From: Candidatus Firestoneibacteriota bacterium
GTDB taxonomy: Bacteria; Oederibacteriota; JAAXVQ01; JAUVAV01
Length of the DNA: 33,106 bases
Direction: 5' to 3'
Assembly: GCA_030635415.1 (NCBI GenBank)
Contig: DAOVYW010000002.1
Location: forward strand, 1-33,106
Part shown: in pieces, positions 26,762-33,106 of the stretch
How the letters are laid out: the number at the start of each line of letters is the position of its first letter
Numbering within the stretch: the first letter of the stretch is position 1
Program-made: the position numbers and the translations under genes
The notes under the pieces: generated by a model
Told to the model about the DNA's origin: nothing
Database searches by the model: none
The model's input: only the letters and a program-made list of their open reading frames with translations

Positions 26762-29700
26762 ATGCGCTTGAGACTGACATATCCGGGAAAAATAAGACTG
26801 CGCAAAGGCGTTACACTTTTTGTTGCGATAGTATTCGCCTATTTCAGTACTCTGGCAACCGGCATGGAGGCTTTTGCCGCGTACTTGGGAGCGGCTAAAA
26901 GCGGCAAGATAGAGAGCTTTCAGGACCGGAGAAGGTCAGGATACTTCAGTCCTGAAGTAATAGACAGCAGGATTAAGCAACAACAGGCTGTGGTGGACTA
27001 CCAGAACTGGAAAGAGCGCTCCCTGGAAAAGCAGCGCGCAAAAGTTCTGGGAAAAATTGCCCAAAACGTGGATGAGGCGGTATTTTCGCAAAAGCAGAGT
27101 ACCCACCGGATGGAGCTGGAGGTCCAGGCCGCCCAACAGAAGGTATTCGCCATTCTGGGACAGGCCGCCTTGTTTAATTATGTCCAGTACAATGACGGCA
27201 AGCGTATCTGGTTTAAAGACGGTCTGGCAGTAATCATTGAGAATGAGCGCATCCTGGATGCGCAAGGTAATGTTTCCCTCCGCAATACATATAATATGGA
27301 ATATAACCCTAAACGCTTACTGACCAGCTATGAGTCTGACACCACGGACTGTCTGGGCAATCTGACCCATGTTAAATGGTACGGCGCGAAATATACCCGG
27401 GATTCGGTTTTTTACGCGGATGACGAGACCTATGCCAATAAACTGATCACGGATTATATCCAGGAGACCACGGATTATTTCGGCAATGCCACAAAAGTAG
27501 AGTGGAGCAAAGCCCAATACGACGGCAAGCTGCTGACAAGTTATCATGAGGAATTTACGGATGCTCGCGGCCATGTCAGCGTTAAGGACTGGTATAGCGC
27601 CAGATATGACGAGAACGAGCAACTGGTGGAGTTCCAGGAGGATCTGCTTTCCGTCAAGGGTGTTCGCACACACCGTCTCTGGACTGGTGGAACATATATC
27701 AAGAACCCAGGGTATGACAAAGCCATGAACAACCGGGGACAGGCACAGACCGCGCCGGAATATTTGCTGGTGGCTTATCATGAGGAGATCACGGACGAGT
27801 GGGGTAACAAGACCATGCGGGACTGGCAGGGCGCGGAGTATGATCAATACGGCCAATTGGTCCGGTATGAGGAAATCCGGACTGATGCCCTGGACCGGCA
27901 AAAGAGTATTTTCTGGACCAAGGGAAAATATGATGAATACGGCCGGCTGATCGGGTATCAGGAAGACGTGGTTAATATTGACGAGACCACGAGCCGGGTG
28001 GAATGGGTGGCTGAGGTTTACGACCAGCAGCACCGTCTGCTGGCTTTCCTGGAAACCCGTACCGATGCCCTGGGCAATAAAAGCCGGCTCTGCCGCTATA
28101 ATATCCAATACAACTGCCTGGGAGATATACTGGCCTATAAGGAGTTTATTACTGATATCCACGGCCATGTTTCCAGCATCTCCTGGGAGAGCTGGCAGTA
28201 TGATGAATATGGCCGGCTTTTGGCCTTTCAGGAAAAAGTGGTTGATAACTTTGGCAACCGTACTTCCTGGATATGGGAGAACGCGGTGTTTGATTGCCAT
28301 GACCGGCTGCTCTCTTTCAGCGAGACCAGCGTGGATGTTCTGGGAAATCTCAGTGAGCGCGAGTGGCTGGAGGCCGAATATGACCAGTATGGGAGATTGA
28401 TAAAATACCGCGAGATCACCATGGACATACTGGGCAATCGCTCTCACCGGGAATGGAGCGGGGCGATATATGACGAATTCGACCGGCTGGCCGCGTATAT
28501 TGAAATCAATACCGACTCTCTGGGCAATCAGATGCAGGGGAAATGGAGCGCGGGCATAGGGGCGCAGGACATACATGCTTACAATGATTTTGGTCAACTG
28601 ACAGGCTATACGGAAGAGATCACTGATATCTACGGCCAGACCTCCATCAGGTACTGGAGGGGCGGAAAGTACGATAAGTATGGCAATCTTCTGGAATATC
28701 ATGAAAGCCTGATTAATCCCGACGGCTCAAAATCAAGCCGGACCTGGACCGGGGGCAAGTATGATGATTACAACCGGCTGATAAGTTATATGGACATATG
28801 GGACTACCCTGGTGGGGAGCAGTCCATTCATTACTGGTACAACGCCGTATATGATACGTTCGACCGCCTGATAGAGTTTCAGGAGCGTTTTTCCGACAGC
28901 GCGGGAAATTCGGCGCATAATCACAGGTTCAATACGAATTATAATACCCTGCACCAAGTGCTCTCGTACCAGGAGAGCGTCACTGACAGTCAGGGCGTAA
29001 TAACCAACGTCGCATGGTCAGAGGGAGCTTATGATGAATACGGGCGTTTGCGCGGATACCTCCAGACCAGTGTAAACCAGGCTAATCCGGATGTAATTAT
29101 AACCACCCGGGTCAGGGACCGGGCCTATGACAGATATGGTGAGCTTGCGGGCGGCGAGCAGACAACTACCACCAAGGGCATCACGGCTGCTGGAAGCCTG
29201 GTAAACGCCATAACTACCGTCCGTATCCAGAACGCCGTATTCTCATCCTCAAACCTTCTGATATCCTACACCCAGACCACCCAAACCATTGGCCTGGATC
29301 CCTCAGGCATCCTGCTGGACTGGCAGGAAACCCTGATTGTAACCGATATCACGCCCTTTTCCCGGCGCGAGATCCGGCATACCCGGGCCGAGGGCCTGGA
29401 TCACACAGTTATAACCGTTCGTACCGATATCACCCGCAACCGCCAGAGACAGATTACCGGTTATCAGGACGAGATATTCGATGAAGCCACACCAGCCGGG
29501 GTTACCATGATCCAGCGATCCAACACTTGTTATAACAGCCGGGGCGAGATAATCTCCTATCGGGAAATTATCCAAGACCTCCTGGGCCTGGTCAGCTCGC
29601 GTTTAGTGAGTGGTTTGCTCTACAACGGGCTCTCCCAAATGATCTCTTCGCATACGCGGACCGAGCGCACCAGCCAGGGCAGCAAGGCCTTGCCGGAAAA

Positions 29701-32700
29701 CTGGGCCGAACTTAACCAGGATGAGCAACGTGCTGTAATGACAAAGATTTTCGCCAATATCGGAAACAACGTAAACTGGGAGAGTGTATCGCCGGACCAG
29801 CAGACCGCTTTGCTCTCCGGCAAAACGGTTCTGCTGGAAGACGACGCATGCTTTATACTTGATCCTGACACCCTTAGCCTGGCTATGACCATGACGCTGC
29901 ATGAAGACACTCAGCGGTCCGATATCGGTTATGATGTTCTCGGACGCATGCGATCTTATGAGCAGATCAGCCGGACGCAGGGTAGCGAGTATAAAACCAT
30001 TACCCAATGGGAAGCCCAATCCTTCAACCCGGCCGGCCTGACAGCATCGGAGATTATTACTACTTTATTGATTGAAGAGACGGAACAAGTGGATGCGAAA
30101 AACCTGGAGGAGTATCAGGTTCCGGATCATAGTCAGGGTTTTCTTACGCGCCGGGAGCGCACGCTTATAACCTACAACCTCTTTGGACAGTTATCCGGCT
30201 ATCAGGAGCAGAGCGCGGATTCCCGGACTCCGGATTTGGCGACACATAAAACTGTGGGCAGCATAACCTATGACTCTCTGGGACGCGTGGCAGAACAGGA
30301 GGAAAACACGCGCCAGACAGGCCAAACCACGCAGGAACTATCTGACCTGGAATATCTGAATACTTATATGCTGGCCGGCGTAACTTTACTATGTTTCGAT
30401 CAGGAAGTTGTTTGGGATGAGATAAGCAGGGCCGACCAGGCCGCTCTGCTCACCGGGCAGAGCATAACCCAGGCCAGGCCGGCCGGAGATTTCCAGCTCA
30501 GCCTGGACGCGGACAGCGCTACGGTTATCCTGACCAGGATAGACCGGACCATCCATACTAGGCGTTCCCACGCCCAATTCGACAGCCAGGGACGTTTGAC
30601 AGGATACACGGAAAGAGTGACCACCACCGGACGCGAGAGCCAGGGCCAAGAGTTTGTAATGATCGAGACAAATCTGCGATCGGGCATGGAGTATGACGAG
30701 AATGGCCGCATACGCACGTATCAGGAAGTGCGATACTCAAACCAGAGCCCGGACCTGCGATTGAACATAACCCGAAGCAATATCACGTATGATCCCAGGG
30801 GACAGCTCTCGGGATTTGAGGAGAAGATAATCAAGCGTGCTGAAATCAACGGTAAATTGGTCCTGTATATTGAAAGCAGAACGCGGCGCTCCAATATAAT
30901 CTACAACGGGGCCGGTCTGACAGCCGGTTACCATGAAAGCCTGGAACGTTCCGACCGGGCCGGGTTGATAATGCAAATAGACCGGATTGACATGCAGTAT
31001 GCGGCTGGCGGCCGGCTCCTGGGATACATTGAAATTGTGCAGGACAACCAGGGGTACAGTACGCGCACTGAGGTGGCAAATATACAGACCAACAGCCTGG
31101 GCCAGGAGACCGGGCGTGGGGAAAGAGTGATTACCAGTGCTTTGAGTGAATCGGGCCGGGAAATTCTGCGTCAGGAGCAGACCTCGCTTTTCCGGAACCA
31201 GCGCTACAACAGCCTGGGCCAAAAAACCGCCTATATCGAGACTCGTACTAATAAAGAAGATGACAAAACTATTACCATACTCTGGGGCCAAGGCAGGTAC
31301 AACTCCCTGGGCCAGTTGGAATCATATTACCGCGAAACTCTGGAAAAAGGCCTGGGTCTGGACAGAAAAGAAGCGCGCGAACGTCTTGCCACAGCTTACA
31401 ACACCCTGGGACAGATAATCAGTACTACGGAGATAATCACCTGCTCGGACGCGCCGGATAAGACAGTCACGGAAAACACTCATAATATTACCTACAATGA
31501 GTGCGGCCGGCAAAATACTTTTGTGAAAGAAATCAATGAACAGGCGCGGGCCTGGGGAGAGATGAGCTTGAACATCTCTGCCACAATCAGGCGGCTCTCC
31601 ACGGATTATAATGATCTCGGCCTGGTCAGCGGTTATGAAGAAGAAACAGCCAGTTACGGCCAGGACGGAACTGAGATCCTGGATCTGAGAGCAAATACCG
31701 GACGCGACAGCATGATCTACTCCCAAGGCCGCCAACTGATTAGTTATCATGAAGTTACCTCCAGCAGTGACAAACCGGACCTGAACCTGGATATACAATG
31801 GAAGGGCAAGTACGATCCGCAAGGCCTGCTTACGGGTTTTGAAAGAATAGAGAATAACGGCCTGCTGATCAGCATGCTAAAGCGCGAAAACATAGAGTAT
31901 AACACTCTGGGCCAGGTCAGAGGATATGCCAGTACTGTTATTAATCGATCAACCGCCCTGTCCGGAATGCCGCCTGCGCTTCCGGTGAATACTACTACTC
32001 TGCAAAGCCGCGGCAGCATTGAGTATGATAAGCAAGGCCGCGTGCTTGCTTATATAGATGAAACGCGCGCTGCTGCCCGGCCGGAGATACTGACCAGGAC
32101 TTTGCGGACCCAAAACAAGTATGATGGCTGCGGCCGGCTGGAAGCCTGGGAGGATGAAGTTTTGAGTTTAAGCTCACTCCCTGGAGAGCAGGAAAAACTT
32201 TTATACCGGACAATACATACGCGCAAAACCACACGTTTTAACGCGCTCTCCCTGGAGTCGGAATATAAAGAAGAGATCGAGCATCAGGGACGCGATATCC
32301 GGGAGAGTGTGAGCCGGAAAAACATCCGGCATGACCTTAGCGGACGAACGCTAAGCTATTTGGAAACCCGGCGCGAGACAGATATTAAGGAAAATGATCT
32401 GGACCGGACAACCACTATAAACCGCGAGTATACAGGTTATGACCGCCGCGGCCGCGTGGAAGCGTATTCCGAGACCCGGACCTCATCAGCTGCCAACGAT
32501 ATTATCGAGAACATTAAATGGAGAGCGGAGGAATTCGATTCGGCCGGGAGAGTCAAGGCCAGTACGCAGACTACCAGGCCGTTTTCCCTCCAGGAGGGGA
32601 TCCCTCTGGGCGCGGGCCGGCCTAATGAGCGGAAGGACATACTATACGATGCCCAAAACCGCGAAATCGCGTACGAGAAATTCACACATACCCAGGGGAA

Positions 32701-32935
32701 CACCACGCATGTTCAACGCAGCAACATCGCGTATAACGGCCAAGGATTGCGGACCGGGTATCACGATCTAACCAAGCAGTACGATGAGAACCAAACCCTG
32801 GATGTTATCACGGAAACCACGCGCTCGCGCATACAGTATAACAACCTGGGCCGGGAGACGTATTATGAAGACCTAATAAAATCCAGCCAGGCTGTGGACG
32901 TTAACACCACGGTTATTTGGTCCCGGGGCGAGTAG
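26762..32935 (+). CDS. giant secreted YD/Rhs-like repeat protein (first 2,057 codons, up to an in-frame TAG)
   Basis: AGGAGG at 26750-26755 lies 6 nt before the ATG. Sec-type signal: MRLRLTYPGKIRLRKG plus a hydrophobic core and AFA. The rest is dominated by YD-x2-G-R-L-x2-Y-x-E ... D-x2-G-N ... W repeats. Confidence 0.85.
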   Translation: MRLRLTYPGKIRLRKGVTLFVAIVFAYFSTLATGMEAFAAYLGAAKSGKIESFQDRRRSGYFSPEVIDSRIKQQQAVVDYQNWKERSLEKQRAKVLGKIAQNVDEAVFSQKQSTHRMELEVQAAQQKVFAILGQAALFNYVQYNDGKRIWFKDGLAVIIENERILDAQGNVSLRNTYNMEYNPKRLLTSYESDTTDCLGNLTHVKWYGAKYTRDSVFYADDETYANKLITDYIQETTDYFGNATKVEWSKAQYDGKLLTSYHEEFTDARGHVSVKDWYSARYDENEQLVEFQEDLLSVKGVRTHRLWTGGTYIKNPGYDKAMNNRGQAQTAPEYLLVAYHEEITDEWGNKTMRDWQGAEYDQYGQLVRYEEIRTDALDRQKSIFWTKGKYDEYGRLIGYQEDVVNIDETTSRVEWVAEVYDQQHRLLAFLETRTDALGNKSRLCRYNIQYNCLGDILAYKEFITDIHGHVSSISWESWQYDEYGRLLAFQEKVVDNFGNRTSWIWENAVFDCHDRLLSFSETSVDVLGNLSEREWLEAEYDQYGRLIKYREITMDILGNRSHREWSGAIYDEFDRLAAYIEINTDSLGNQMQGKWSAGIGAQDIHAYNDFGQLTGYTEEITDIYGQTSIRYWRGGKYDKYGNLLEYHESLINPDGSKSSRTWTGGKYDDYNRLISYMDIWDYPGGEQSIHYWYNAVYDTFDRLIEFQERFSDSAGNSAHNHRFNTNYNTLHQVLSYQESVTDSQGVITNVAWSEGAYDEYGRLRGYLQTSVNQANPDVIITTRVRDRAYDRYGELAGGEQTTTTKGITAAGSLVNAITTVRIQNAVFSSSNLLISYTQTTQTIGLDPSGILLDWQETLIVTDITPFSRREIRHTRAEGLDHTVITVRTDITRNRQRQITGYQDEIFDEATPAGVTMIQRSNTCYNSRGEIISYREIIQDLLGLVSSRLVSGLLYNGLSQMISSHTRTERTSQGSKALPENWAELNQDEQRAVMTKIFANIGNNVNWESVSPDQQTALLSGKTVLLEDDACFILDPDTLSLAMTMTLHEDTQRSDIGYDVLGRMRSYEQISRTQGSEYKTITQWEAQSFNPAGLTASEIITTLLIEETEQVDAKNLEEYQVPDHSQGFLTRRERTLITYNLFGQLSGYQEQSADSRTPDLATHKTVGSITYDSLGRVAEQEENTRQTGQTTQELSDLEYLNTYMLAGVTLLCFDQEVVWDEISRADQAALLTGQSITQARPAGDFQLSLDADSATVILTRIDRTIHTRRSHAQFDSQGRLTGYTERVTTTGRESQGQEFVMIETNLRSGMEYDENGRIRTYQEVRYSNQSPDLRLNITRSNITYDPRGQLSGFEEKIIKRAEINGKLVLYIESRTRRSNIIYNGAGLTAGYHESLERSDRAGLIMQIDRIDMQYAAGGRLLGYIEIVQDNQGYSTRTEVANIQTNSLGQETGRGERVITSALSESGREILRQEQTSLFRNQRYNSLGQKTAYIETRTNKEDDKTITILWGQGRYNSLGQLESYYRETLEKGLGLDRKEARERLATAYNTLGQIISTTEIITCSDAPDKTVTENTHNITYNECGRQNTFVKEINEQARAWGEMSLNISATIRRLSTDYNDLGLVSGYEEETASYGQDGTEILDLRANTGRDSMIYSQGRQLISYHEVTSSSDKPDLNLDIQWKGKYDPQGLLTGFERIENNGLLISMLKRENIEYNTLGQVRGYASTVINRSTALSGMPPALPVNTTTLQSRGSIEYDKQGRVLAYIDETRAAARPEILTRTLRTQNKYDGCGRLEAWEDEVLSLSSLPGEQEKLLYRTIHTRKTTRFNALSLESEYKEEIEHQGRDIRESVSRKNIRHDLSGRTLSYLETRRETDIKENDLDRTTTINREYTGYDRRGRVEAYSETRTSSAANDIIENIKWRAEEFDSAGRVKASTQTTRPFSLQEGIPLGAGRPNERKDILYDAQNREIAYEKFTHTQGNTTHVQRSNIAYNGQGLRTGYHDLTKQYDENQTLDVITETTRSRIQYNNLGRETYYEDLIKSSQAVDVNTTVIWSRGE
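27302..29160 (+). repeat. array of about 19-20 tandem 90-nt (30-codon) protein-level repeats inside the giant gene
   Basis: Units counted by eye include YDQYGQLVRYEEIRTDALDRQKSIFWTKGK, YDEYGRLIGYQEDVVNIDETTSRVEWVAEV, YDEYGRLLAFQEKVVDNFGNRTSWIWENAV and YDQYGRLIKYREITMDILGNRSHREWSGAI. The units have diverged at the DNA level, and a few are longer. Confidence 0.85.
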
Positions 32936-33106
32936 GACCGTTTCGGCCGTCTGTTCGGCTATTCACAAAATACCAGCCAAAACGGCGAGAACAGCCAGGC
33001 ACAAAAATTTGAGCTTGAGCTTACTACTGACCGAAAATACACGACATACGATATCCAAGGCCGGCTCACTGGCTGGCAGGAGAACAGGACCTCTTCGGCC
33101 GAACCC
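32936..33106 (+). CDS. in-frame continuation of the giant repeat protein beyond the TAG (partial, runs off the window)
   Basis: 57 further sense codons lie in the same frame, with no ATG, GTG or TTG among them. They read DRFGRLFGYSQNTS...KYTTYDIQGRLTGWQENRTSSAEP, which keeps the repeat register. Confidence 0.7.

Noticed and set aside
26548-26898. 116-aa + strand ORF overlapping the start of the giant gene
   Set aside because: It has a Lys-rich, low-complexity translation and no RBS. It overlaps a start codon with a perfect AGGAGG RBS in another frame, so it is most likely non-coding leader sequence.
27317-28702. 461-aa ORF on the minus strand, the longest antisense ORF in the window
   Set aside because: It lies wholly inside the 30-aa repeat array of the giant + strand gene. 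The repetitive codon pattern simply avoids reverse-complement stops. Its translation is a featureless repeat shadow with no RBS or recognisable motif.
29297-29311. DPSGI string in the giant protein resembling the Rhs core-terminating DPxGL motif
   Set aside because: It is not preceded by the usual YYDP..GRF context, and YD-type repeats continue for more than 1,200 residues after it.
5757-32935. Possibility of an alternative genetic code, since TAA, TGA-TGA and TAG each occur in-frame inside otherwise conserved ORFs
   Set aside because: All three codons also act as ordinary terminators here. TGA forms ATGA stop/start overlaps at 18447-18450 and 21617-21620 and ends the ORF at 26432-26434. TAG ends the genes at 3269, 9714, 12443 and 25129. 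TAA ends those at 7355, 13871, 15147 and 17323. Decay or sequence error is the simpler explanation.
1-33106. Search for CRISPR arrays, tRNA/rRNA genes, retron or DGR components, integrases
   Set aside because: I saw no regularly spaced short repeats, no tRNA-like T-arm/acceptor combinations in the intergenic regions I read (1-449, 3270-4013, 9715-9947, 15148-15552, 25130-25423, 26435-26761), and no reverse-transcriptase or integrase motifs in any ORF. This was a scan by eye, so small ncRNAs cannot be excluded.

Overview
This is a 33.1-kb window in which every credible gene lies on the + strand. TolC-, AsmA- and RND-type envelope proteins indicate a diderm bacterium, probably uncultivated. I cannot assign taxonomy from the sequence alone. 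Layout: (i) 1-6250 is a visibly AT-rich accessory segment. It holds a secreted beta-helix/LamG/dockerin protein (450-3269) and decayed fragments of a pectate-lyase-like gene, an IS91-type transposase and an IS30-type transposase. Between the transposase remnants sits a two-gene orphan cassette: an unknown 208-aa protein plus an Imm11/DUF1629-like immunity-type protein. A 29-nt box occurs about 100 nt upstream of two of these genes. (ii) 6261-15147 is a housekeeping block: recA, an AsmA-like gene, a fused sugar-1-P nucleotidyltransferase/PMM-like gene, a phosphohexomutase and an M16 peptidase. (iii) 15553-25129 is a five-gene, tightly packed efflux operon: small membrane protein, TolC-like outer membrane factor, MFP adaptor and two tandem RND pumps. 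The second pump carries two extra hydrophobic hairpin insertions. (iv) 25424-26434 is an AT-rich CPA2 cation/proton antiporter gene interrupted by a tandem in-frame TGA-TGA. (v) From 26762 to the window end runs a giant, open-ended protein (more than 2,100 aa) with a signal peptide. It is built almost entirely from a stretched 30-residue YD/Rhs-like repeat and has one in-frame TAG exactly where the repeat consensus demands Tyr. The giant repeat protein is my top candidate for something new, and the orphan immunity-like cassette is second. I saw no rRNA, tRNA, CRISPR array, reverse transcriptase, or intact transposase or integrase. All family assignments come from motif recognition by eye, not from database searches.
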